DNA from: Candidatus Nanopelagicales bacterium | Lineage (GTDB): Bacteria > Actinomycetota > Actinomycetes > S36-B12 | Assembly (NCBI GenBank): GCA_009694585.1 | Contig: SHUQ01000001.1 | Span: 7,815 to 71,814 of the forward strand | Direction: 5' to 3' | Length of the DNA: 64,000 nt | In this document: piece after piece, positions 1 through 10,078 of the stretch | Layout of the letters: the number at the start of each line of letters is the position of its first letter | Numbering within the stretch: position 1 is the stretch's first letter | Made by a program: the position numbers and the translations under genes | The notes under the pieces: generated by a model | What the model was told of the DNA's origin: nothing | The model's database searches: none | What the model saw: only the letters and a program-made list of their open reading frames with translations

Positions 1-566
1 AAACCAAGACGGTGCGACCTTCGTCTGCGCGTGCGCGAAGAAAGCCGCGGAGCCAAGCGATGCCTTCGGGATCAAGGCCATTGGCGGGCTCGTCCAAGAT
101 AAGTACCCCCGGGTCGCCCACCAAGGCCGCAGCTAGGGCCAGGCGCTGGCGCATGCCTAGGGAAAAGCCACCGACCTTGCGACCGGCGGCTTCGGTTAGG
201 CCGACGAGTGCCAAGACTTCATCGGCGCGCCCTGAGGGTAGTGACGCGGCATCGGTAATCACCTGCAGGTGACCTCGCGCGGTGCGCCCGGGGTGAAAGC
301 CGCTGGCCTCCAGCGTTGCACCAACAACGGCCGCAGGATTAGGTAACTCGCGATAGTCATGGCCGCCGACCTGAGTCGTACCGCTAGTGGGCTGCACTAA
401 GCCAAGGAGGCAGCGCAGGGTGGTGGTTTTGCCCGAGCCATTGGGGCCGAGGAACCCGGTAACACGGCCCGGTTGTGCCGTGAAAGACAAATCGGATACG
501 GCCTGGACCTTGCCGAACCTCTTGGTGAGGCTTATCACAGTGAGATGTTGCCCCTTGGGTGACATT
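1..566 (-). CDS. ABC transporter ATP-binding protein (C-terminus runs off the window start)
   Basis: Absent from the ORF track (no in-window stop). My minus-strand translation from ATG 566..564 gives MSPKGQHLTVISLTKRFGK. Walker A GPNGSGKTT is present. Signature/Walker B reads GGFSLGMRQRLALAAALVGDPGVLILDEPANGLDP. Confidence 0.9.
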
Positions 567-595
567 CCAGCAGCGTAGCGGTCTAGATTCTTGCC

Positions 596-2047
596 ATGAA
601 CCAACTCATCCCAGGTATCTCCACGACCGCAGTCACCGCCGTACCAGTCTGCGGGGAGTTGATTACGGGCAGCACCGTTATCGAGGTGCGCGCACCGTTT
701 GACGGCGCGCTGTTGGGCCAAGTGCCGGCGTTGACTGCGGCCGATGTTGATGCGGCTGTTGCATATGCGCGCAAGGCAATGCATGAGCGTCCGTTGGCCC
801 AATGGCAACGGGCTGAAATCTTGGATAAAGCTGCGCTGTTGATGGCTGAGCGCCGTGATGATTTTGCCATTGCCATCGCCCGAGAAGCAGCGAAGCCGAT
901 CAAGACTGCACGCGGTGAAGCCGACAGAGCGATTGGGACTTTCCAGTTTTCGAGCGCAGCGGCGCGAACCCTTACCGGTGACACCGTGCCCTTGGAAGCG
1001 GCAGCCGTTGGCGGGGGCAAGATTGGTTTCACGCTTCGGGTGCCGGTTGGGGTAGTCGGAGCGATCTCGCCGTTCAACTTCCCGCTTAACTTAGTAGTGC
1101 ACAAAGTGGGACCGGCAATTGCGGCTGGCTGCGCGGTGGTGCTAAAACCGGCATCACAGACCCCATTTTCCTCAATCCTGCTCGCCCGATTACTAGTGGA
1201 TGCGGGCTTGCCTGACGGCTACCTGCAAATTGTGACCGGGAGCGGTGGCACGGTAGGCAATGCGCTAGTTGATCACCCGGATGTGGCACTGATTAGTTTC
1301 ACCGGCTCAGCAGATGTTGGCTGGGGGATTCGGGCGCGGGCCCCACGTAAGCGCGTAGGCCTCGAACTTGGCAACAACGCACCGGTCATTATCGAAGCCG
1401 ATGGTGATTGGGCTACGGCGGCCGCGAAGATCAAATTGGCCGGGTTTGCCCATGCTGGTCAATCATGTATTTCCACGCAGCGGGTGCTAGTGCACCAGAG
1501 CATTGCAGATGAGTTCGTCGCGAAGCTTGTTGCGAACGTCAAGGAGTTGGTGGTCGGTGACCCGATGGACGAAGGAACTGACGTATCGGCACTTATTTCG
1601 CGTACAGAACGTGACCGGGTGGTCGGTTGGATCAGCGAGGCGGTATCGGCCGGGGGGCAGGTGGCCTGCGGTGGCGAACTCGACTCCAATGGGGTTTTGC
1701 TGCCGACCGTGATCGTCAATGCGAAGCCGGAGATGAATATCTGCGCCCTTGAGGTCTTCGGCCCGGTGGTGGCGGTGCAGACGTACGAGTCCTATGACCA
1801 AGCGCTGAAGATCGCAAATGACACCCGGTACGGCCTGCAGGCTGCGGTATTCACCTCCGATATCGCCAAAGGCCTGCAAGCAGCGCGGACTTTGGACTTC
1901 GGCGGGGTGCTCATCAACGAGGTACCAACCTGGCGGGCCGACCACATGCCTTACGGCGGGATCCGGGATTCGGGTAATACGCGGGAAGGGCCCGCGTACT
2001 CGGTGCGCGAGATGACCGAGGAGCGGTTGGTCATCATCTCGGGCTAA
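596..2047 (+). CDS. NAD(P)-dependent aldehyde dehydrogenase family protein
   Basis: 483-aa ORF with ALDH hallmarks: FNFPLNL, ELGNNAP (catalytic Glu region), GQSCISTQR (catalytic Cys), EVFGPV. Substrate not assignable. Confidence 0.9.
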   Translation: MNQLIPGISTTAVTAVPVCGELITGSTVIEVRAPFDGALLGQVPALTAADVDAAVAYARKAMHERPLAQWQRAEILDKAALLMAERRDDFAIAIAREAAKPIKTARGEADRAIGTFQFSSAAARTLTGDTVPLEAAAVGGGKIGFTLRVPVGVVGAISPFNFPLNLVVHKVGPAIAAGCAVVLKPASQTPFSSILLARLLVDAGLPDGYLQIVTGSGGTVGNALVDHPDVALISFTGSADVGWGIRARAPRKRVGLELGNNAPVIIEADGDWATAAAKIKLAGFAHAGQSCISTQRVLVHQSIADEFVAKLVANVKELVVGDPMDEGTDVSALISRTERDRVVGWISEAVSAGGQVACGGELDSNGVLLPTVIVNAKPEMNICALEVFGPVVAVQTYESYDQALKIANDTRYGLQAAVFTSDIAKGLQAARTLDFGGVLINEVPTWRADHMPYGGIRDSGNTREGPAYSVREMTEERLVIISG

Positions 2048-2104
2048 GTTTCCTTGGCGAGCCCGGTGGTCAGCAGGCGATGAAAATTGTTTTAAAGTAG
2101 GGAA

Positions 2105-3448
2105 GTGGTTGCCTCTCGTCGCCTCTCTCTGGTCCTCGCCGCCGCCTTAGCGGGCATCTTGGTCTCTTTTGGCCAAGGGGTGGGCCCAGCCATGGCGGCT
2201 GAGCCGTACCCGTCGGCTCCGACGATAAAGTCGGTTAACTCAGGCCCGGCAGCAACCGAACTGCAGGTGATTTACGCAGCTCCACTTACTGATGGTGGAT
2301 CTCCGGTAACGTCTTATCAGGTCTCCCTAGACGGTGGTACCAATTGGTTTACCTGCGCTGGTACCACTGGGGTGTGCCCACTTGGCAGCCTAGCGAGTGG
2401 ACAGACCTACTCGATGGTGCTTCGCGGGGTTAATGCCTTCGGCGCCGGCGAGATAAGCAACACGGGCGTGGGGATACCGGCCGCGGCGGGTAGTGGCTTG
2501 GCAGATAAGCCCAAGGACTTACCGAAGCCACGAGTACGTGTCAGTGCGACTTTTAACTCCGCAAGTAACAACCTTGGTGTTTCTAGCCCCACTGTTCGAC
2601 TTGGAGTCGGCACCTTGCCAAGACTGCGATTCAGTCGCGACATCCATAACAAAGCTGCGGTCGAGCGAAATCTTGCGGTTACGGCCACGAACCAGGTGGG
2701 CGTAGTCCGTGGAGTTCAGGGTGCTTGGGGTTGGCTAGACGACCGCACCGCGGTATTTCGACCGCGCACCTGGTGGCCCGGTAATTCGACAATCAAGATT
2801 GCGTCTACTTTGAATGACACAATTCTTGGCACAAGCGACATAACATCTTTGGTTGGCGCGACTTCACTCGCGCACACCTACGAGTTCTTAACAGGTAACA
2901 GCGTTGTCATAAAAGTCGATGGCAAGATCGACAGAATGACGGTCTTTGTGGATGGCGTTAAGCGAAAGATCTTCCCGGTATCTCTTGGTGCCGCTGGGTG
3001 GGAGACCACAAATGGTGTCAAAGTAATCAGTGTCGATAAAGAGCCGCTGCACACCTACACAAGTGCGGCGCTCGGCATTACTGACCCCGAGCAGCAATAC
3101 GTTCTCTCCGATGTGCCATGGAATACGCGCCTGACACCAACGGGTGAGTTCACGCACGCCGCGCCGTGGGCCTACTCAAGAATCGGAAACTGGAATGGTT
3201 CCCATGGCTGCACCAATATGTTCGAGGCGGACGCCAAGTGGATCTTTGACAACACCGTCCCGGGGGATGTCGTGATCTATTCGAAGACCGGGGGCTCAAC
3301 CGTGCAGCCATGGAATGGCCCGGGCGGCCTGTGGAATATCCCTTGGTCAAGTTGGCTTAAGAAATCCGCTCTCCACAGCATTACGCCCGACACCGCCACG
3401 GTCACAGATCCCGGTACCGCAACCCCGGCCACATCGGCAAGCGTCTAG
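2105..3448 (+). CDS. Secreted L,D-transpeptidase (YkuD domain) with N-terminal fibronectin-III-like module
   Basis: GTG start and a signal-like N-terminus. FN3-like stretch PSAPTIKSV...GGSPVTSYQVSLDGG. YkuD catalytic motif GSHGCTNM near the C-terminus. Confidence 0.8.
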   Translation: MVASRRLSLVLAAALAGILVSFGQGVGPAMAAEPYPSAPTIKSVNSGPAATELQVIYAAPLTDGGSPVTSYQVSLDGGTNWFTCAGTTGVCPLGSLASGQTYSMVLRGVNAFGAGEISNTGVGIPAAAGSGLADKPKDLPKPRVRVSATFNSASNNLGVSSPTVRLGVGTLPRLRFSRDIHNKAAVERNLAVTATNQVGVVRGVQGAWGWLDDRTAVFRPRTWWPGNSTIKIASTLNDTILGTSDITSLVGATSLAHTYEFLTGNSVVIKVDGKIDRMTVFVDGVKRKIFPVSLGAAGWETTNGVKVISVDKEPLHTYTSAALGITDPEQQYVLSDVPWNTRLTPTGEFTHAAPWAYSRIGNWNGSHGCTNMFEADAKWIFDNTVPGDVVIYSKTGGSTVQPWNGPGGLWNIPWSSWLKKSALHSITPDTATVTDPGTATPATSASV

Positions 3449-3468
3449 AAACCCGATAACGTCTCACC

Positions 3469-4644
3469 ATGCGGCTGCTGCACACCTCGGATTGGCACCT
3501 AGGGCGGACCTTGCATGGCTATGGGTTGCACGAAGCTCAGGAACAGGCCCTCGACTTCATTGTGGATCTGGCAATTTCGCGTTCGGTAGATGTCGTTGCG
3601 GTCGCCGGTGATGTTTTCGACCGTGCTATCCCACCGGTTGAATCGCTGCGAGTCTTTAATGACGTGATCGAACGACTTGCTGGCGCCGGAGTCGTCACGG
3701 TGGTCACCGCTGGTAATCACGATAGCGGTGATCGACTTGCAATCTATTCGGGCATTTTGCAAGCGGGTGTGCACGTTGTCGGTTCCCTTGCGGAGGTGGG
3801 TTCTGGTATTGAACTGGCGGATGAATTCGGTGCAATTGTTTTTTACCCGCTTCCTTATCTAGAACCTGATCTTGCCCGCGAGGTGCTTGGCACACCAGGC
3901 TCCAAACTGGAACGCAGCCATGCGGCGGTGATGGACGCGGTATTGGATCTGATCGAGTTAGATATTTCGACTCGGGGCGCGAGCAGGGCGGTCGGAATTT
4001 GCCACGCTTTTGTCGCTTCAACCGGCGCAAATCCGGAGACCTCCGACAGTGAACGAGATTTGACCGTGGGTGGCGTGCAAGTTATACCGGCTTCGATATT
4101 CGCCAATCGCGGCTTGACATACGTTGCACTCGGTCACTTGCATCGTCAGCAAGTTATTTCATCCTCCGAGCCGGTAATGGCCTACAGCGGCTCGCTATTG
4201 AGGTATTCACTTTCGGAAACTGCTCACACCAAGAGTGTTTCAATAGTAGAAATTGGCGCGGTTGGCACGCTGCCGGAAATTGAAATAGTGGAAATACCGC
4301 AGCCGCGACCAATGAGTCGCCTGCGAGCGGGGATCGATGAACTGGTGGGCGTAAACCATGAGGCAGAGCGCGGCCACTTCGTTGAGTTGATTGTCACCGA
4401 TAGGCAGCTACCAGACCGAATGCACGCCCAACTAGACGCCGTATTCCCGTACGCCCTGCGCAAGCTCTATGACCCCGAGGGCCGAGACGATATTGCCAGT
4501 GCGGAACGCGGTGATGCGCGTGGAAAGGAGCCATTGGCGCTAATTGGAGACTTTTACGTAAAGGTTACCGGCTCCCCGCCGGCGCCGGGCGAAGCCAAAT
4601 TGTTGCGCGAGATATACGAAGTTGTTCGTGGACGGGCCACCTGA
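3469..4644 (+). CDS. sbcD: Exonuclease SbcCD, nuclease subunit D (Mre11-like)
   Basis: MRLLHTSDWHLG, GDVFD, AGNHD and GHLH phosphoesterase motifs. Its stop overlaps the sbcC start (ATGA-type junction at 4644). Confidence 0.9.
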   Translation: MRLLHTSDWHLGRTLHGYGLHEAQEQALDFIVDLAISRSVDVVAVAGDVFDRAIPPVESLRVFNDVIERLAGAGVVTVVTAGNHDSGDRLAIYSGILQAGVHVVGSLAEVGSGIELADEFGAIVFYPLPYLEPDLAREVLGTPGSKLERSHAAVMDAVLDLIELDISTRGASRAVGICHAFVASTGANPETSDSERDLTVGGVQVIPASIFANRGLTYVALGHLHRQQVISSSEPVMAYSGSLLRYSLSETAHTKSVSIVEIGAVGTLPEIEIVEIPQPRPMSRLRAGIDELVGVNHEAERGHFVELIVTDRQLPDRMHAQLDAVFPYALRKLYDPEGRDDIASAERGDARGKEPLALIGDFYVKVTGSPPAPGEAKLLREIYEVVRGRAT

Positions 4645-7238
4645 TGCAAATCCATAAGCTGCGCTTTGGGGCGCTCGGGCCGTATCCGGGGGAGCATGTC
4701 ATTGACTTTGACGCCCTCGGCAGAAGCGCACTGTTTATCATTGACGGCCCTACTGGATCGGGTAAGTCGACGATTTTGGATGCACTGGTTTTTGCACTTT
4801 ATGCCGATGTGTCGGGGTCAAGTTCAGATAAACAGCGGCTGCGCTCAGCTTTCGCGGACGCAACGAGTGAGTCCTATGCCGAAGTCGAATTCACCACCGC
4901 TATGGGTAGCTACAAAGTACGGCGCAACCCGGAGTTTGGGCGCCCCAAAATCCGCGGTGAAGGCCTCACCCTTGAGAAGGCAAGCACCAGAATCTGGCGC
5001 GCAACCGGTGAACACTCCTGGGAGTTACTGTCGGCCAAGCACGTTGAGGCGGATCTGGAAATAAGTCGTGCTATCGGGTTGGACAAGAACCAGTTCCAGC
5101 AAACGGTGGTGCTACCTCAAGGTGAGTTCGCTACATTCTTGAAGGCAAAGAGCGCCGACCGGCAGCAAATCTTGGAGAAGATCTTTGCAACGAGTCTGTA
5201 CTCGCAGATACAAGAGCAATTCGATGAGGAGCGCAGGGTCGCTGAACGTGACCGACAGGTGGCGCAGGGCAGGGTGCGCGACGCCGCTCAGCAGTTGATC
5301 GGCAGACTCACGGGGCAAAACGCGACTCAGTCTGCTTCTGCGGATGAAATTGATCGAATCAAATCCCTAGAAGGTGAACCGAGTTCGCTGATCTCGCAAG
5401 TAGTAGCGGAGATTCAAGCGGCAGGCCGGCAGGCAGTGGCAACCGCCGAAGAGGACTTGATTTCCGCATCGCGACTTAAGGGCCAGCAGGAGGCACTGGT
5501 TAAGAATCTTGAGAAAGCGCTCGAGTTGGAGGCGAAGGCAACCGCAGCAAGTGCGAAATTGGACGATGCCAACTTGGCGCGGGGGCAGGCCATCGAACAC
5601 CTTGCCGAACACCAGGCCGTGGTTGCAGCGGACGCGGTAGAAGAAGATTGTGACCTTGAGATCCAAAGAGTTACCGAGGAAATCGGCGCTCTTTCTGATC
5701 TGGAGAAACGTGCTGCCGGGTTACCGGCCCGGAAAGCAGAGATCGACAAAAGCGAAAACTCCATTGTCGAATTGTGCAGCACCATTGAAGGATTTGAAAA
5801 TGAGCGGGCTTTGGCAATCCCAGCCAAGTTACGTCGGATAGCTGCATTTCTTGGTGGTGAGCAGCGGCGGGTCGAATCTGAATTCAATCAGGCTGAGGAT
5901 ATTCAAAATAAGTTGTTTGGCCAGCGTCTGACCGGGATGTCTGCTGAGTTGAGTGAGAACTTGGTGGCAGGTGTCCCGTGTCCGGTGTGCGGATCCTTGG
6001 AGCATCCGACGCCAACCGTGGCGGATCGAGTATCCGAAGATGATCTAGCGCAGGCTAAATCGCAACTGGCGAAACAAAATGCAGATCGACGTCAGATTGA
6101 AGGGCAGCTGTCGAAGCTCGCAGTGGTACTCGCAGCAGAGCAAATTGATGAAGCGCAACCGCTACCTGTTGCGGCCGAGGAATCGGCGGATGCGCAATTG
6201 GTACCTGATGTCGATTCGATCTTGCTTGAATTGCAACACCGGTTGGTCCAGGTGAATCGTGAGTTAGCCGAGGCAAAGTTGCGGTTAGCCGAATTACGTA
6301 TCCTGAAGCAGGAGCAGGAGCAGGACTATCAACGAGGTACCGCGGAGATTTTGGCCAAACTGGTCGGGGGTATTGACATTGCAGCGCGAGTTTCCCAGTT
6401 GAAGGCAGCGCGGACAGCGATTGAAGCAGTACGCAGCACAACAGCCGCAGTAAGTCAGGCGGCGGCGTCTAGTGATGCAGCGCTGAAGGCGTTGACCGAA
6501 TCACCTGACCTGGTTACAGCCGAAGTATTCGCCGAAGCCAACCAGCTTTTAGTGCAACGAGAATCAGAGGATAAACGGCTTCATGGAGTTCAGGCCAATT
6601 TACTCGAACTTGCTGATTCCGTTGATGTACTCGGATCGGAGTACGTATCAGCAGCGGTAGCGATGGATGAGTTGGCCTGCCTGGTCGGACCAGTTATTCG
6701 AATCGCTGATGTCTTGAACGGGCGCGGGGCAAATACTTTGTCGCAGCCACTGAAAGCCTATGTGGTTCAGCAGATGTTCGACGAGGTAATTGCGGCGGCA
6801 AATATCCGCCTGAGCCAGATGTTGGCCGGCCGGTTTGCTCTAGTTGATACCGAAAGTGCCACCGGGCTAGAGCGCTCGCTGGGCCTGGGGCTTGAAGTCA
6901 GGGATCTAGTTACCGAAACCAACAGGCGGACCGAAACCTTGTCGGGCGGTGAGACATTTTGTGCCTCGCTAGCGCTCGCACTTGGTCTTGCTGACACCGT
7001 CAAGTCACATGCTGGTGGGGTCGAAATTGGCGTGCTTTTCGTCGACGAAGGATTCGGGGCGCTCGACCAAGAACGTCTCGATGACGTAATGGCTGAACTT
7101 CTCAAACTGCGGGCCGATGGCCGCACCGTTGGGGTGATCAGCCACGTGAGTGAGATGAAGAAGAGCATCCTGGAGCGCATCACGGTCCTCCCACTTGGCG
7201 GAGACTTGGGAAGTACCCTTGAAGTGTCTTGGATGTAA
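4644..7238 (+). CDS. sbcC: Exonuclease SbcCD, ATPase subunit C (Rad50-like)
   Basis: 864 aa. Walker A GPTGSGKST, a long coiled-coil middle, zinc hook CPVCGSLEHP, signature LSGGETF, Walker B LFVDEGFG. Confidence 0.9.
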   Translation: MQIHKLRFGALGPYPGEHVIDFDALGRSALFIIDGPTGSGKSTILDALVFALYADVSGSSSDKQRLRSAFADATSESYAEVEFTTAMGSYKVRRNPEFGRPKIRGEGLTLEKASTRIWRATGEHSWELLSAKHVEADLEISRAIGLDKNQFQQTVVLPQGEFATFLKAKSADRQQILEKIFATSLYSQIQEQFDEERRVAERDRQVAQGRVRDAAQQLIGRLTGQNATQSASADEIDRIKSLEGEPSSLISQVVAEIQAAGRQAVATAEEDLISASRLKGQQEALVKNLEKALELEAKATAASAKLDDANLARGQAIEHLAEHQAVVAADAVEEDCDLEIQRVTEEIGALSDLEKRAAGLPARKAEIDKSENSIVELCSTIEGFENERALAIPAKLRRIAAFLGGEQRRVESEFNQAEDIQNKLFGQRLTGMSAELSENLVAGVPCPVCGSLEHPTPTVADRVSEDDLAQAKSQLAKQNADRRQIEGQLSKLAVVLAAEQIDEAQPLPVAAEESADAQLVPDVDSILLELQHRLVQVNRELAEAKLRLAELRILKQEQEQDYQRGTAEILAKLVGGIDIAARVSQLKAARTAIEAVRSTTAAVSQAAASSDAALKALTESPDLVTAEVFAEANQLLVQRESEDKRLHGVQANLLELADSVDVLGSEYVSAAVAMDELACLVGPVIRIADVLNGRGANTLSQPLKAYVVQQMFDEVIAAANIRLSQMLAGRFALVDTESATGLERSLGLGLEVRDLVTETNRRTETLSGGETFCASLALALGLADTVKSHAGGVEIGVLFVDEGFGALDQERLDDVMAELLKLRADGRTVGVISHVSEMKKSILERITVLPLGGDLGSTLEVSWM

Positions 7239-7266
7239 TGACACTCGACCGGTGAGCAGAGGATAG

Positions 7267-7618
7267 ATGTCTACCGACTTTGATCAGGCGGTAGCCATAT
7301 TCGAAATAGCGGATGGGGTCTTTGAGTGGGAGGTGCCCGATGGCTGGCAGCAGGGCCGTGGAGCCTGGGGGTGGATTACCTGTTGGCGCGCTGGTTAGGT
7401 CCGTCATCGCGGCGCAAGGTAATGACAGATTATCGGCAGATGGATTGGAGGAAATGAGCGCTCAATTCGGTCGCTCAACTGTCAGATCTATGCGCCGGTG
7501 TTGGTGGGTGTACACCAGATCCGGTGTCCACCTGGTCCACCATCACTGCTCCCAAAGTTCGGCACTGACCCAAAATCCCGGTGCTGGTTCTTCCGGATTT
7601 CGCGCCACCGTTTTCTAA
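7267..7618 (+). pseudogene. Possible relic of an acyl-CoA thioesterase-like gene (frameshifted and short)
   Basis: ATG 7267 gives MSTDFDQAVAIFEIADGVFEWEVPDGWQQGRGAWG and stops at 7396-7398. The sense continues in another frame (GGLPVGALVRSVIAAQ...) after the G-run at ~7366-7372. Only ~350 bp lies before the next gene, versus ~800 bp expected for the family. Confidence 0.35.
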
Positions 7619-7706
7619 GCATATTGAGCAATGGCTCATCGATGGCATTCCGATGAGCCCGGCGCCGCGTTTTAGCCGAACCCTCACTACCTTGAGTGGT
7701 GATTAG

Positions 7707-8264
7707 CTACCACGTAATTGATTTGGCATTTTCCAAGATGCGTTTGACGTAATTAATGGTTTCAGGAAACGGCGGAACACCATCGTATTTTGCGACGGCG
7801 CCGTAACCAGCGTTGTATGCGGCAAGTGTGTTCTCGAGGCGATTACCTGAAACATCTTTCACAAGTCTTCGATTACGGCAATTAAGTTCAGCGGCCGAAG
7901 CCAACGCATCGGCCGGGTCCCACACATTGGTCTTGCCATCTTTATTAGCATCTATCCCGTAGGCCTGCCAAACCTCGGGCATGAATTGAGCGATACCCCG
8001 AGCACCGGCGCCACTTGCGGCATTTGGATCCCAGCCACTTTCGAGCTCCATCTGGGCGAAGAACACTGCTCGTGGGATTGCCGGGCAGCGAGCAGCAGCG
8101 TCGATGACCAATTCACGGTAGTGCGCTGGGACTGGTGCTGGCCCGATCAGCCCGCGCTGCTGTGCGGTGTTTAACAGCCACCAACCGCTAGCTGTTACCA
8201 GCGCTAAGCCAGTGACAGCGATGAGGAGTGAGCGAAGCGCACGTCCACCTTTGCTCTTAGCCAC
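7707..8264 (-). CDS. Membrane-anchored lytic transglycosylase (SLT domain)
   Basis: N-terminal TM helix, then SLT motifs ELESGWDPNAASGAGARGIAQFMP and AYNAGYGAV. Confidence 0.8.
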   Translation of the reverse strand: MAKSKGGRALRSLLIAVTGLALVTASGWWLLNTAQQRGLIGPAPVPAHYRELVIDAAARCPAIPRAVFFAQMELESGWDPNAASGAGARGIAQFMPEVWQAYGIDANKDGKTNVWDPADALASAAELNCRNRRLVKDVSGNRLENTLAAYNAGYGAVAKYDGVPPFPETINYVKRILENAKSITW

Positions 8265-8325
8265 TAGGTCACGGTAACCCGACGGTCCCTAGGCGGCGGC
8301 AGCGACGCCCGGGTACGGTGATCTG

Positions 8326-9516
8326 GTGGCGAATGATTCGGGCGCGAAAGTGCCAGACCTCGATCAGGCACAGGTCGAGACCATGTTTGAACAGAAGTTA
8401 GCCGAGGCGTTCGCAGCTCTAGGCACTTTCAACCTCGCAGTTTTTGGCAAGACGGGTGTCGGCAAGTCTACTTTGGTGAACGCCATTTTTGGCCGCGATG
8501 TTGCGCGCACCGGAGTTGGCAAGTCGGTTACCAAGGGCTTGATGTACTACCGACACCCGGATGGGTTTCTTGGCCTGTATGACGCTGAAGGCTTTGAGAC
8601 CGGAACCTCGGGTAATGTCATACTCGACGGCCTTCGCAAATTGGTTAGCGAACATGGGCAACGCGCGATTGATGAGCGAATTCACGCCGTTTGGTACCTA
8701 GTGCGCTGGTCAGATCGCCGATTCGAGCAAGCGCAGGCCGGATTCGTCCAGGCTTTACATGATCTTGGATTGCCAGTGATCGTAGTAATGACGCAGGTGC
8801 CGACCCGTAATGGGCAGGTGCATCCAGAAGCCCTCGAATTTGCAGCCTATATCGAAAGCATGGAATTGCCACTAGCACCCGATGGTCGAGTGGTGCTTAC
8901 CAATGCATTGGTTGACTCCTTTACCGCATCTCCGGTTTTTGGGCTACAGAAATTATTAGATGAGACCTACGACGTGGTTCCGGTTGCCGCTGAGCGCGCA
9001 TTGACCGCGGCTCAAGTCCTTGATCTGGGACGTAAAAAAAAAGCCGTCGCTGGCATCGTTAATCAAGCGGCCGTCTTGGCGGCGGGGATAGGAGCGACAC
9101 CGATCCCATTCGCCGATGCGGCGCTACTAGTACCGAATCAGGTGGCAATGATCGCTCGCATCACCGCTGCATACGGGCTGCCTCCAAGTCGAACTCGAGC
9201 ACTGGCAATTGCCGGCTCGGTGGTCTTAACAGGTGGTGCCACCATGGCGGGCAAGTACGCTGTCACCAGTCTGCTGAAATTTGTTCCCGGTGGCGCCATT
9301 GCCGGCTCGGCAATTTCAGCCACGGTTGCCGGTGCACTCACCAAGGCGGTGGGGCTGGCCTGGGCCAAGGTATGTGAATACGCGATGAGCCTCACGCCAG
9401 AAGGGCGGGACGCATTTCTCGCAAGTTCTGAGGTCACCGAGAAGTTCGTCGGCTTCCTGAAAGTCGGTAGTTCGGCCTCGGGGATCACCAAATTAGCCAA
9501 GCGCGCCCTCACCTAA
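8326..9516 (+). CDS. GTP-binding protein with a C-terminal DUF697-like membrane domain
   Basis: P-loop GKTGVGKST, a G3-like DAEGFE, then a glycine/alanine-rich hydrophobic C-terminal half. Contains an A9 homopolymer at 9034-9042. Confidence 0.6.
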   Translation: MANDSGAKVPDLDQAQVETMFEQKLAEAFAALGTFNLAVFGKTGVGKSTLVNAIFGRDVARTGVGKSVTKGLMYYRHPDGFLGLYDAEGFETGTSGNVILDGLRKLVSEHGQRAIDERIHAVWYLVRWSDRRFEQAQAGFVQALHDLGLPVIVVMTQVPTRNGQVHPEALEFAAYIESMELPLAPDGRVVLTNALVDSFTASPVFGLQKLLDETYDVVPVAAERALTAAQVLDLGRKKKAVAGIVNQAAVLAAGIGATPIPFADAALLVPNQVAMIARITAAYGLPPSRTRALAIAGSVVLTGGATMAGKYAVTSLLKFVPGGAIAGSAISATVAGALTKAVGLAWAKVCEYAMSLTPEGRDAFLASSEVTEKFVGFLKVGSSASGITKLAKRALT

Positions 9517-9562
9517 TGGTGTTAACGTCGTCTTGTTCAATTGGATCGGGAAAGGACAACCT

Positions 9563-9967
9563 ATGAAGAAGTTACTCTTAGCGCTCGCGGCCGTGGCCGG
9601 TGCCGCCGCCGGGGTAGTCGTCTGGCGGCGACGTGGCAGTGTCGCTGGGCTTTCCGATGTCACCGACACTTGGCCAAAATCGATTGCTGCTGTAGCCGAT
9701 GGTGCTGCAGGCGGCGTTGCCTCGGCTGCTGACGCCGCCGCCAAGGTTGCCGACCGCGCAGCTCAAGTGGTCACCGATACCGCCGCCAGTGTCGCTGATA
9801 CGGCCGATGCGGCCGGTGCTTCTGCGAAGAAAGCGGCTAAGCAAACGGCTGCGGTGGCCCAAGAAATGGCCCAGGCGGCACAGGATGCGGCGGACGCAGC
9901 GGCAAAGAAGGCTGCCAGCAAGAAGGCTGCCAGCAAGAAGGCTAAATCGCAGGAGCCGAGTGCGTAA
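9563..9967 (+). CDS. Ala/Lys-rich membrane-anchored protein of unknown function
   Basis: ATG 9563 is preferred (MKKLLLALAAVAGAAAGVVVW) and is preceded by GAAAGGA. One N-terminal TM helix, a low-complexity Ala-rich body, and a 15-bp coding repeat (AASKK) at ~9905-9943. Confidence 0.45.
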   Translation: MKKLLLALAAVAGAAAGVVVWRRRGSVAGLSDVTDTWPKSIAAVADGAAGGVASAADAAAKVADRAAQVVTDTAASVADTADAAGASAKKAAKQTAAVAQEMAQAAQDAADAAAKKAASKKAASKKAKSQEPSA

Positions 9968-10078
9968 TTGCTGATGTCGGGTGCGCTTTGAGCGAACTGC
10001 GGGGCCGCGGTTTTGGCCCGAGCGGATCGTTGCCGCACAATATGGCCTGTGGCCCAGTAGGCAAATAGGAGGTAAGTC

